A stretch of DNA of 64,000 bases from an uncultured Roseovarius sp. GTDB lineage: Bacteria; Pseudomonadota; Alphaproteobacteria; Rhodobacterales; Rhodobacteraceae. The position numbers and the translations under genes are program-made. This document shows positions 19,371-27,279 of this stretch, one piece after another. The stretch covers positions 112,366 to 176,365 of the forward strand of contig OX638333.1 in NCBI GenBank assembly GCA_951812895.1. Reading direction: 5' to 3'. Below the pieces are notes generated by a model. It did not search any database. It was not told the DNA's origin and saw only the letters and a program-made list of their open reading frames with translations. Position 1 is the stretch's first letter, and the number at the start of each line of letters is the position of its first letter.

Positions 19371-19589
19371 GTGAGCAAAGAGAACTATACGGTGCGAAAA
19401 ACGCCACCAGAAACAGCCGAGGAATATCAGTACATCTGGGAGGGTGTACAACGTGCCCACGATGGCTGGCCTGTCATGCGGGTTCTCTTGGCAATTTTCC
19501 TGAATTGGAAAGTCATTTTGTTGGGTGTGGTTGCCGGTCTTGTGTTGGGTGGTCAGGAAGTCTTGCAAGCATGGGGGGTCTGGAAATGA
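19371..19589 (+). CDS. Small membrane protein (holin-like candidate)
   Basis: GTG start with GGAG RBS; hydrophobic VLLAIFLNWKVILLGVVAGLVLGG. Confidence 0.55.
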   Translation: MSKENYTVRKTPPETAEEYQYIWEGVQRAHDGWPVMRVLLAIFLNWKVILLGVVAGLVLGGQEVLQAWGVWK

Positions 19590-19993
19590 GCTTTGGTTTT
19601 CATGAACTAATTGCAGCGTCGGTGGTTGCGGGCACGATATGGGGTGCAGGAAATGTTATCGGTCATGCAACGTCCGTCGAGCCGATGGGCATGCGGCTGG
19701 TCTATCTGGGCTTTGAGAACGGGAAGTTTGTGCAGGAACACGCGATCTATGGTGCGCCCGGTTTGGGTGCACATTGGGTGTCACAGATTTCTCGGAATGG
19801 AGAGCCGCTTTGCGAGGGTGGTGGAGAAGCGCCCTACGCCAGCGGAGACCGCAAGATAATGTCCCCGAACTATTGGACTGATGACAATTGCCCGGAAATC
19901 CTGCCCGGCGATGTCGGCTTTGCGACTTGGGAATGGGTGGATGAACACGGTGTCCATCACGTCATCTCAGGACGCATAGAAATCCCCGATTAG
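19586..19993 (+). CDS. Membrane-anchored hypothetical protein
   Basis: ATGA-coupled; N-terminal hydrophobic segment then Cys-containing soluble domain. Confidence 0.6.
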   Translation: MSFGFHELIAASVVAGTIWGAGNVIGHATSVEPMGMRLVYLGFENGKFVQEHAIYGAPGLGAHWVSQISRNGEPLCEGGGEAPYASGDRKIMSPNYWTDDNCPEILPGDVGFATWEWVDEHGVHHVISGRIEIPD

Positions 19994-20012
19994 AGTTGTC
20001 GAATACGAGGTG

Positions 20013-20040
20013 AAGCCGCTCCCAACTGGGGGCTTTTTTA
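20013..20040 (+). terminator. Intrinsic terminator-like hairpin
   Basis: GCTCCC-AACT-GGGGGC followed by T6. Confidence 0.55.
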
Positions 20041-20050
20041 TGGAGAAATC

Positions 20051-20302
20051 ATGTACGAACAGCCCGACAAGATCGAAGGGGAGTTTTTTTCCCTATGCCC
20101 TACGTGTCGTGAAGGGTGTAGTGGTCCTACAGAAATTCAGCGGTCAGATTCCTTCCCGTTATACGCATGTAGCGGCTGTGGTTATATCTACGCATATAGT
20201 GTTTCGGCTCTGGAAAACTCTTCAACTCACGTTTTCGACCCGCAGAGCATCGGCAATCGCATTAAGCGCGTTTTCAATATCTTGTGCGGCCGGGCTGTCT
20301 GA
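20051..20302 (+). CDS. Hypothetical Zn-ribbon protein
   Basis: CPTC...CSGC; GGAG RBS. Confidence 0.5.
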   Translation: MYEQPDKIEGEFFSLCPTCREGCSGPTEIQRSDSFPLYACSGCGYIYAYSVSALENSSTHVFDPQSIGNRIKRVFNILCGRAV

Positions 20303-20515
20303 TCCAACCGCCTCATGGTTCATAAGGCGGTGAAATACCCTGCTATACTCGACGGTACGCCAGTCTTCCGCACCCAAGGCTGTATCAAGGCGGTGGGCAA
20401 CATAAGAAATTGCCAGTGCCATTGAGCCGACACCAAGGTTTTGCAGGGGCTGTGCGCGAATTCGGTTTTCCAGCTCTTCGGGTCTGACTCGCATCGGTTT
20501 ATCTGGATCGATCAT
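20222..20515 (-). CDS. Hypothetical protein (convergent, overlapping)
   Basis: 97-aa ORF with protein-like composition. Confidence 0.45.
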   Translation of the reverse strand: MIDPDKPMRVRPEELENRIRAQPLQNLGVGSMALAISYVAHRLDTALGAEDWRTVEYSRVFHRLMNHEAVGSDSPAAQDIENALNAIADALRVENVS

Positions 20516-20573
20516 CTGAAATCCTTACTGGCTAAATGTGCAGGGAAGCTACTGCATCCTCAGCCGATTCACC

Positions 20574-20600
20574 AAGCCCGCCAGTGCGCGGGCTTTTTTT
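20574..20600 (+). terminator. Intrinsic terminator-like hairpin upstream of endolysin
   Basis: AGCCCGC-CAGTGC-GCGGGCT followed by a T run. Confidence 0.6.
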
Positions 20601-20613
20601 ATGGAGAATAACA

Positions 20614-21375
20614 ATGTTTGACCAAAACAAGCGATCTATCGTCCTGCGTACATACACTGCTTGGGCTTTCTACACCCTTGCTGCGATCACGCTGGCCCCG
20701 GACATCATCTATCTGGTGAGCGAACGTGACACCAACCCGGTCGTTTGGTCGGCCCTGCAAATATGGGTGATTGTGCTGGGCATTTTGGGGCGATTGATCC
20801 TGCAGCCGCGTGAAGGAGCCATCAAGCGCCGTCTTATTTTGGGGCTGATCATTCTCGGCACTGTCCTTGCTGCAGCACAGGCGATGGCACAGACCACCGA
20901 ACGCGCCACCATGCGCGTTTTGATGCCTCTGGTCATCAAATGGGAAGGTGAACACCGATGCGCGGATGCGCGGCATCTGCATTGTGCTTATCTTGATATC
21001 GTGGGTGTTCCGACGCTTTGTTTTGGCGAAACGCTTGGGGTGCGCTTGGGGGATCGGGCCACCGATGCAGAATGCCGCCAGAAGTTGGAACATCGCCTGA
21101 CTGATGATTTCCGCGACGGCCTGCATCGGTATTTCACGGACACCACCCGCGCCAATCGCCTGACGCCCTACCGGGACGCGGCCTATGTTTCGCTGGCCTA
21201 CAATGTGGGAATTCGCGGCGCTGGCCGGTCGACCGCCACACGTCGCCTGAATGCCGGTGACATCAAAGGTGGCTGTACTGCCCTGACGTGGTGGAACAAG
21301 GCCGGTGGCCGCGTGGTGCGCGGTCTGGTCAACCGTCGGGCAGAAGAAAAGGCGCTGTGCCTCCGGGGATTGTGA
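20614..21375 (+). CDS. GH24 lysozyme endolysin with N-terminal multi-TM segment
   Basis: KWEG..AYLDIVGVPTLCFGET, AYVSLAYNVG, WNKAGGRVVRGLVNRR; about three hydrophobic segments in first 90 aa. Confidence 0.9.
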   Translation: MFDQNKRSIVLRTYTAWAFYTLAAITLAPDIIYLVSERDTNPVVWSALQIWVIVLGILGRLILQPREGAIKRRLILGLIILGTVLAAAQAMAQTTERATMRVLMPLVIKWEGEHRCADARHLHCAYLDIVGVPTLCFGETLGVRLGDRATDAECRQKLEHRLTDDFRDGLHRYFTDTTRANRLTPYRDAAYVSLAYNVGIRGAGRSTATRRLNAGDIKGGCTALTWWNKAGGRVVRGLVNRRAEEKALCLRGL

Positions 21376-21785
21376 TGCATGCCGCATTCGGATGGCGGCT
21401 GAGGTCTATTTGTACGAAAGTGTGTTCGCTGATTTTTTTGTGCCTGCTGATGGCGTCTTGTTCTGGCCCTCTGAAGTTTCTGACGGGCGGCGGTCCAAAT
21501 GTCGCGGCAAACGTTCAAGCGGGCAAGACGAATGCGCAGACCATCGGGCAGACCACGGTGACGGAACAGAACCTTGTGCGCCCCACTGCGCGAAGGATCA
21601 GCCAATCCGCCGATTCAAACGATGTAAGGGCCGAACGGGTTGAAACAGTGGTGGTGCAGGAACAGGTGCCTGCATGGATCTGGATAACTTGGGCGTTGCT
21701 TTTGATGCTGGACAGTCCCGTTCGTTGGCCGGGTCAGATCATCGCTGGATTTCGCCGTCAGTCGGCCAAGGTGAAGGGGACGTAA
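21375..21785 (+). CDS. Candidate unimolecular spanin
   Basis: Lipobox LMASC plus C-terminal TM AWIWITWALLLML; TGATG-coupled to endolysin. Confidence 0.65.
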   Translation: MHAAFGWRLRSICTKVCSLIFLCLLMASCSGPLKFLTGGGPNVAANVQAGKTNAQTIGQTTVTEQNLVRPTARRISQSADSNDVRAERVETVVVQEQVPAWIWITWALLLMLDSPVRWPGQIIAGFRRQSAKVKGT

Positions 21786-21804
21786 ACGTCCCCTTATGAT
21801 TATC

Positions 21805-22191
21805 TCATTCCCAGTAGATCACGGTGCCCTCAAAGGGCAGGCCATGAACATCATCAAACCAATCGCGCATCTGCATAAAGCCATCTTCAAACCCATCAGC
21901 TTGAGCAAATTCATTGTCGGTCTGCTCGCAGTCGCGGTCGTAGATCGCAGAGGGAAGCCGATGCCCATTGATGAACATTTCTGTCGCTGCAATGCGTACC
22001 TTGGCGGTGTGCGTCACCACAGCAGTCTTCAATAGGCGACAGCCTTTAGTTCGCATGCCGGTGTAGAGCTTGATCGTGTCGCCAGCTTTGCAATGCGGGC
22101 GACCGTCTTTGCGCGGTGCGCGTACAGTTTGGCACTTGTGGCCATACGTTACATCATCGGCAAATTCAGCTTTGAAATTTAGTGCGGGCAT
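21805..22191 (-). CDS. ASCH-domain protein
   Basis: GHKCQTVR, GDTIKLYTGMRTK, FAQADGF. Confidence 0.8.
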   Translation of the reverse strand: MPALNFKAEFADDVTYGHKCQTVRAPRKDGRPHCKAGDTIKLYTGMRTKGCRLLKTAVVTHTAKVRIAATEMFINGHRLPSAIYDRDCEQTDNEFAQADGFEDGFMQMRDWFDDVHGLPFEGTVIYWE

Positions 22192-22208
22192 CGGTCTACC
22201 GGTCCTTT

Positions 22209-22412
22209 TTAATCAGTTATCTGCTCGAGACGTTGAGCGCCGCATGTCAGGGCGAAAAACACCTCATCGCCAGCGCTATTCTTCGCATACAATTTGTTCT
22301 GACCGTTGCACTGCGTGACCGTCACGGTGTTGCCCAACTCAGCGAAACCCGGTGCGCCCATGCCCGTTATTCTTAGTTTGTCACCGGGCTTTGTGGTGGC
22401 GTAGTCAATCAT
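22209..22412 (-). CDS. Hypothetical protein
   Basis: MIDYATTKPGDKLRITG..., 67 aa. Confidence 0.55.
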   Translation of the reverse strand: MIDYATTKPGDKLRITGMGAPGFAELGNTVTVTQCNGQNKLYAKNSAGDEVFFALTCGAQRLEQITD

Positions 22413-22429
22413 CGTGGGCGTCCCTTTCG

Positions 22430-22699
22430 TCAGGTTGATTTCCGCTCTGCAATGAGAGCCTGAATTTCGGTAATTGCATCCTCGGGTGTCCGCGATTTTC
22501 TGGCCTTTTCGCCCATTGCCCAGCCGATCAGAGTCATGAACCAAAACACTGCCATCACCCATTGCATCGCTGTTGATTGCAGCCAAACAGCCAGTGCAAT
22601 TCCGGCAGTCAATGCGGCTATCCATGCGAGAGAATGCAGATACCCCGACCAGTAATTCTTGATCAGCACAATCGTGATGGTTTTGTCTTGATCAGCCAT
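22430..22699 (-). CDS. Hypothetical two-TM membrane protein
   Basis: MADQDKT... two hydrophobic helices. Confidence 0.55.
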   Translation of the reverse strand: MADQDKTITIVLIKNYWSGYLHSLAWIAALTAGIALAVWLQSTAMQWVMAVFWFMTLIGWAMGEKARKSRTPEDAITEIQALIAERKST

Positions 22700-22730
22700 A
22701 GGCGCGGTCCTTCCTGATGGTGGGCGGGGC

Positions 22731-22916
22731 TTACGCCGCCCGAATTTCATCCATGACGGCGTGCGTGCGCGAAACTGCCTCTTGGCCATAAGCAAAGTTG
22801 ACCTCGGATACGTCGCCGTCTTCCTTTGCGGTTTCCAGATCCTCAATCACAGCCTCGATGTCTGAGATTGACCCTTTGAGGTTATTTATAAGGCGGTCGA
22901 TTTCTTGCGTGGTCAT
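22731..22916 (-). CDS. Hypothetical protein
   Basis: 61-aa acidic helical ORF with GAAGGA RBS. Confidence 0.55.
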   Translation of the reverse strand: MTTQEIDRLINNLKGSISDIEAVIEDLETAKEDGDVSEVNFAYGQEAVSRTHAVMDEIRAA

Positions 22917-23039
22917 GGTTTTGGTCCTTCTTCACTTTTGTAATCTTCAATCTACGGTTTCGGCCCTGTTACGCTTCAATCTTCGGTTCTGGTAAATTCT
23001 GTAGATTGAAACGGTGGGTGAAGATTGAAGTGCTCCAAA

Positions 23040-23110
23040 TTCTGTTTTCGATAATCAATATATAATATACTTGCATATTCATGTCAATACTTGTATATAC
23101 ACAAACATAC
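23040..23110. promoter_or_regulatory. Divergent AT-rich promoter region with two ATACTTGYATAT direct repeats
   Basis: Repeats at 23067-23078 and 23087-23098 (20-bp spacing); TTGACA on - strand. Confidence 0.55.
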
Positions 23111-23141
23111 GATTGAATACGATGAGAAGGGCCGTTATCCA

Positions 23142-23339
23142 ATGGACATGGCGCGAAACAAAAAACAAATCGGCTTGGCCTTAGACCCTGAATTGCTTGC
23201 GCGTTTCGATGCGTGGAGAGATCGGCAACGGTTTAGCCCGTCGCGCACGGAAGTTATTGAGGAACTTCTTAGCACCTTTCTAGATGCAGAAGACAAGCGC
23301 ACAGGCGGCAAAACTGTAGATAACAGTGATGCGGATTAA
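23142..23339 (+). CDS. Ribbon-helix-helix (CopG/Arc-like) regulator
   Basis: KKQIGLALDPELLARFDAW..SRTEVIEELL. Confidence 0.75.
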   Translation: MDMARNKKQIGLALDPELLARFDAWRDRQRFSPSRTEVIEELLSTFLDAEDKRTGGKTVDNSDAD

Positions 23340-23350
23340 GGAGGCTGACA

Positions 23351-23632
23351 GTGGGGCATAGCGGCACACTGCGGATTTATAGGCCAAGCAATGGCACCGA
23401 AGGCGATATCTTTATGGGTGAATGGTGCGCCAATTGTGCTTTGGCCAACTTTGACGATCCAGATCGCGCTTGCATGATAAATCTCAGAGCCTTGGCGCAC
23501 CACATCGATGAGCCAGAATACCCGGCAGAATGGAATTATTCAGATGGAGGTGTACCACAATGTACGGCCTTCACAATCGACGAAGCTATCGATCAGCGTT
23601 GCGACCAGACGATTGATATGTTCGACAAATAG
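23351..23632 (+). CDS. Hypothetical Cys-rich phage protein
   Basis: YRPSNGTEGDIFMGEWCANC..C..CTAF. Confidence 0.65.
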   Translation: MGHSGTLRIYRPSNGTEGDIFMGEWCANCALANFDDPDRACMINLRALAHHIDEPEYPAEWNYSDGGVPQCTAFTIDEAIDQRCDQTIDMFDK

Positions 23633-23643
23633 GAGCGAATTTA

Positions 23644-24051
23644 GTGTCTGATCTGTTGCCGTATCAACTTGCCGCTAAAAAGAAGCGCGCCGACATTGAG
23701 GCGGCTCTATCAAAGGCATTGCCTGACACTGACGGAATTGTACATTCCGAAGTGTTTGATCCGTGGGCCGATGTTATTTCGGGCATACATGGATCATATT
23801 CAAGTGAAAGCGATGAACTGATGATTGCCGCTCTTGAGGCCGTGCGGGATCGAAAGACATTTGAATTCATCGATGAGCGCGGGTTTGTTGCGGAATTTGC
23901 TCTGTATGTCTTATCGGGCCAGAATTTGATTGAATATGGCAGCTCCCCGCGCGGTGGATGGCCGGAACATGAGTTGGAAGATCATTGGCAGGCGCTGATC
24001 GACAAATGGAAAGCCTATGTTGAAATTGTTTGGAACGAAGATCATCAGTAA
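23644..24051 (+). CDS. Hypothetical protein
   Basis: 135-aa ORF with GGAG RBS. Confidence 0.6.
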   Translation: MSDLLPYQLAAKKKRADIEAALSKALPDTDGIVHSEVFDPWADVISGIHGSYSSESDELMIAALEAVRDRKTFEFIDERGFVAEFALYVLSGQNLIEYGSSPRGGWPEHELEDHWQALIDKWKAYVEIVWNEDHQ

Positions 24052-24060
24052 GGAGACGAT

Positions 24061-24267
24061 TTGATGGCAGTGAGTGGCGATTGGTTCTCGTATCCGGGCG
24101 ATGGTGGCGACGTAAAGGTTATGGCTGTATCTGACGGTTATTGCATGTGTCGCAGGCCGGGAAAGCTGCCTTTCGTTTTCAAGGAGAGGGATGTTGATCC
24201 TTTGGTCTTTGACCGCAAAATTGAAAACCAAAATCGTGTGATCCGGGATCGCGCGAACTCACGATAA
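24061..24267 (+). CDS. Hypothetical protein
   Basis: 68-aa ORF with AAGGAG RBS. Confidence 0.5.
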   Translation: MMAVSGDWFSYPGDGGDVKVMAVSDGYCMCRRPGKLPFVFKERDVDPLVFDRKIENQNRVIRDRANSR

Positions 24268-24282
24268 AGGAGCGTTTATCAT

Positions 24283-24297
24283 GTTCGCGCGTTGTTC
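24283..24297. promoter_or_regulatory. Alphaproteobacterial LexA box-like motif
   Basis: GTTC-GCGCGTT-GTTC (GTTC-N7-GTTC). Confidence 0.4.
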
Positions 24298-24387
24298 GGG
24301 GTTTGTCCTGATTAACCAATCACCCTAAGTGACTGTTTTAATTTGTATTGTGTATGGATTTGCAATCCGCTGAAATGCGTTTTCAGG

Positions 24388-24589
24388 CGTGGTCCACTCT
24401 CATTGTAAGCTATTGATTTATTTAGGGGCTTATAGCCTGTTTTCGTGGTCCACATGATCTTTTTTTATATGGCTAAAATAGCGATATTTGTTGACCGTGT
24501 GGGGGCACCATTTCAACCGATTGATATTAAATGACAAAGTGAGCGCTCAGCCGTTCGCATTAGTGTGTATTTTCAAACGTTTTTCAAAC
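24388..24589. other. att-like junction: tRNA 3' fragment, IHF sites, arm-like repeats
   Basis: CCGTGTGGGGGCACCA at 24495-24510; WATCAANNNNTTR matches on - strand at 24406-24418 and 24514-24526; CGTGGTCCAC x2 (24388, 24444); TTTTCAAAC x2 (24570, 24581). Confidence 0.65.
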
Positions 24590-24757
24590 ACACCGAAGAA
24601 TCGAATAATGGTACCATGTTTAGCGATATTCCGCATCGTTCAAAGGAATGGCCACTAAATATGGTTGGTGAATTGGGTTGGTTTGCGCTAAAACGCAGAT
24701 AGTTCACCACTAACAAACTTGGGAACGTAATAAGAAGACGAAACAGAGGCGGGTATA

Positions 24758-26347
24758 ATGAACTTCATCGCGTTAGAATCAGAACAGAAGCTACGCGGTG
24801 GATACTACACGCCTGCCGACCTCGCTAATTTCTTAACCCGATGGATAGCTCCGAGCGCCGGAACCCGCGTGCTTGAACCAAGCTGCGGAGATGGCGCATT
24901 TTTCCCAACGCTTGATGGATCTGACGCAACAGTTACGGCATTCGAACTATCGCCAGAAGAAGCTGCAAAGGCTTCGGCGCGTGGTCTGCCGGATTGTACC
25001 GTTCACAATCGAGATTTCTTAAGTTGGGCGCTGGCAGCGGAACGCGGCCAGTTCGATGCGGTCATCGGCAACCCACCGTTTGTCAAGTACCAGTATCTCC
25101 CGGCGGACTTCCAAGCCAACGCTGAACGTGTGTTTGCGCGTCTCGGCTGCAAATTCACGAAACACACTAATGCATGGGTTCCTTTCATTCTCGCGTCGAT
25201 GGACCTGCTGCGCCCCGGTGGGCGGCTAGCGATGGTGGTTCCGTCCGAGATCGTGCACGTTATGCACGCGCAATCCTTGCGAACCTATCTCGGACAGCAA
25301 TGTCGCCGCATAGTGATCGTAGACCCTCAAGAAATCTGGTTCGAAGGCACCTTGCAGGGCGCGGTCCTGCTGATGGCCGAGAAGAAGGCTGCGCCTGATG
25401 TCCACGGCGAAGGGCTAGGCATTCACCGCGTAGCCGGTCGCGACTTCCTACGCGAAGACCCAGAAGCAGTTTTCAACACACCCCGAGCGATCAACGGAAA
25501 GACTGTTCAAGGCAAGTGGACACGCGCACTGGTGCCCACCGCGACTCTATCCACCCTCGAAGCCTTAGAAGAAGATTCCAGATTCTGCCGCTTCGACGAT
25601 GCCGCTAAAGTGGACGTGGGCATAGTCACGGGTGCCAACAAGTTTTTCCTCGTCACAGACGACGTTGTGCGACAGAACGGACTGGAAAAGTGGGCGCATC
25701 CAATGTTTGGGCGCAGCGACCATTGCCCCGGAGTGATCTATGATAACGCGCAGCACGCCCGCAATGCGGCTACAGGCAAGCCTACGAACTTCCTGTGGCT
25801 CGACAGTTCGGTTATGGATAGTGCCAAAGGTCGCGCTTACATCGCTTCGGGCGAACACGAAAAGCTCCACGAGCGATATAAATGCCGTATCCGAAAGCCG
25901 TGGTACACGGTGCCTTCGGTGCACGCTACCGAGGTTGGAATGCTCAAGCGCAGCCACAACACGCCCCGCCTAATTCATAATCGTGTCGGGGCCTACACAA
26001 CCGATACCGCCTATCGCATTCGTGCCCTTCGCGGTACAGCGGATGCTTTGGTTTATGGCTTCTACAACAGCCTGACCGCCCTCAGCGCGGAACTGGAAGG
26101 GCGTCACTATGGCGGTGGTGTTTTAGAGCTGGTGCCCAGCGAAATTGAGAAGCTGCTGTTACCTGCACCCGAAGGCATCTCCCCAAATGTTGAGAAATTG
26201 GACCGTATGGTGCGCGAAGATTCTGTGGCGGACACGCTGGAAGTGCAATCAGAAGATGTGCTTGGTGCTCTGACTAAGGCTGAACAGATGGACCTGCTTG
26301 CCGCTTGGGCTACTCTACGCGACCGCCGCCACCGAATTCCTTCTTAG
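24758..26347 (+). CDS. Type II-like amino DNA methyltransferase (gamma class)
   Basis: KLRGGYYTP, VLEPSCGDGAF, IGNPPF, GRHYGGGVLELVPSE. Confidence 0.9.
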   Translation: MNFIALESEQKLRGGYYTPADLANFLTRWIAPSAGTRVLEPSCGDGAFFPTLDGSDATVTAFELSPEEAAKASARGLPDCTVHNRDFLSWALAAERGQFDAVIGNPPFVKYQYLPADFQANAERVFARLGCKFTKHTNAWVPFILASMDLLRPGGRLAMVVPSEIVHVMHAQSLRTYLGQQCRRIVIVDPQEIWFEGTLQGAVLLMAEKKAAPDVHGEGLGIHRVAGRDFLREDPEAVFNTPRAINGKTVQGKWTRALVPTATLSTLEALEEDSRFCRFDDAAKVDVGIVTGANKFFLVTDDVVRQNGLEKWAHPMFGRSDHCPGVIYDNAQHARNAATGKPTNFLWLDSSVMDSAKGRAYIASGEHEKLHERYKCRIRKPWYTVPSVHATEVGMLKRSHNTPRLIHNRVGAYTTDTAYRIRALRGTADALVYGFYNSLTALSAELEGRHYGGGVLELVPSEIEKLLLPAPEGISPNVEKLDRMVREDSVADTLEVQSEDVLGALTKAEQMDLLAAWATLRDRRHRIPS

Positions 26348-26760
26348 TCGATTTCCAAAGTGAAGCGCGAAGGATCTTCGTTTTCGCGGAACAGTTTCAG
26401 CACGCGATCCAGCAAATCCTCTTTAGCAACGAGCGGTTTGGCATCGCCCCAGTGTAAGCCGGTCATGCTGTTGCGCTGCCGGTAGGAAGCTGTGTCAGTC
26501 CGCGTATTGTGCGAGAGGTGCATAGTGTGGACTCCGTAATCCACGTCTTTCACGATTAGTCGAATCTGCGCCTCTGCCCGTTCAATGTGGGCCCGTGCGG
26601 GAGCAGCGTCAGGTTCCCAGTCCAACGCCGCAAACACTTCGTCTCGGAAATAGTGTCGTTGGTCGATACCTTCCATTGCGCCAACACCTAGAAGCATAGA
26701 GCCAGTGGGGCTGGTGTTCGCGCCAGTGGGAATGTTCAAGTGGCGACGGGTCAGACCATT
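26344..26760 (-). pseudogene. C-terminal remnant of a restriction endonuclease (PLD-family-like)
   Basis: Convergent to MTase with 4-nt overlap; LTRRHLNIPTG..RHYFRDEVF..FTLEID resembles recalled C-termini of PLD-family REases; no HKD domain; 5' end abuts phage gene. Confidence 0.55.
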
Positions 26761-26788
26761 GCTTAGTATCGCAGAAATCGCGACATAG

Positions 26789-27085
26789 TTACATTTCCTC
26801 ACCGGGCGCAAGCACTTCACCGACATTCTCAAAATCGTCGCCACTGGCAACCATGCATGTTATCCCATTGTCCAACGTCATAATAATTGTCCACGTGCCG
26901 GTTTCCGCAGAGGCAAACAACTCCATTAAAGCTCCATCTGAATCAAGACCGATTGATTGCTGTGTTTCACCGAATTTATTTTCGAACCAGTAGAGTGCCA
27001 CTTCTCGTGGGGCGCAGTTCTGTGCCTGTGCCAAAGTCCCAAAGAAGATCAGAGCAAGTGTCAGTAGCGCGCGCATCACCGACAC
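26789..27085 (-). CDS. Conserved exported hypothetical protein
   Basis: Signal peptide; NCAPRE..ELFASAETGTWTII..TCMVASG. Confidence 0.7.
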   Translation of the reverse strand: MSVMRALLTLALIFFGTLAQAQNCAPREVALYWFENKFGETQQSIGLDSDGALMELFASAETGTWTIIMTLDNGITCMVASGDDFENVGEVLAPGEEM

Positions 27086-27279
27086 CCGGCGTCATGCCCG
27101 GCCACCACGTCGGCAACCGCCCCACCCGTCACGTCATTGATACCGGGATCGGCCAGCGCAGCATCAGCCAGATTGTCAATTGCCCGGCTGTACGTTGGAC
27201 CGCAGAACGCCGCGTCACTTGTCGCGCTGCTGCAACCTGTCACGCCAACCAAGATTAGAACTGTCACCATGAATCGCAT
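27076..27279 (-). CDS. o-spanin-like lipoprotein
   Basis: Lipobox VTGC; overlaps i-spanin end. Confidence 0.65.
   Translation of the reverse strand: MRFMVTVLILVGVTGCSSATSDAAFCGPTYSRAIDNLADAALADPGINDVTGGAVADVVAGHDAGCR

Larger units (their letters stand above)
1..24510 (+). mobile_element. Prophage 1 (HK97-like siphovirus late region plus right-end accessory module); left part outside window
   Basis: Contiguous terL-portal-protease-capsid-neck-tail-lysis genes on + strand, ending at an att-like junction. Confidence 0.9.

Noticed and set aside
24313-24331. CtrA box at TTAACCAATCACCCTAA
   Set aside because: Half-site spacing is 9 rather than 7.
24495-24510. Complete tRNA
   Set aside because: Only the 3' 16 nt are present; upstream sequence cannot form D or anticodon arms.
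26761-26850. N-terminal part of ORF 26344-26850 as real coding sequence
   Set aside because: It overlaps the end of the phage gene 26789-27085 and looks like fortuitous read-through across the breakpoint.
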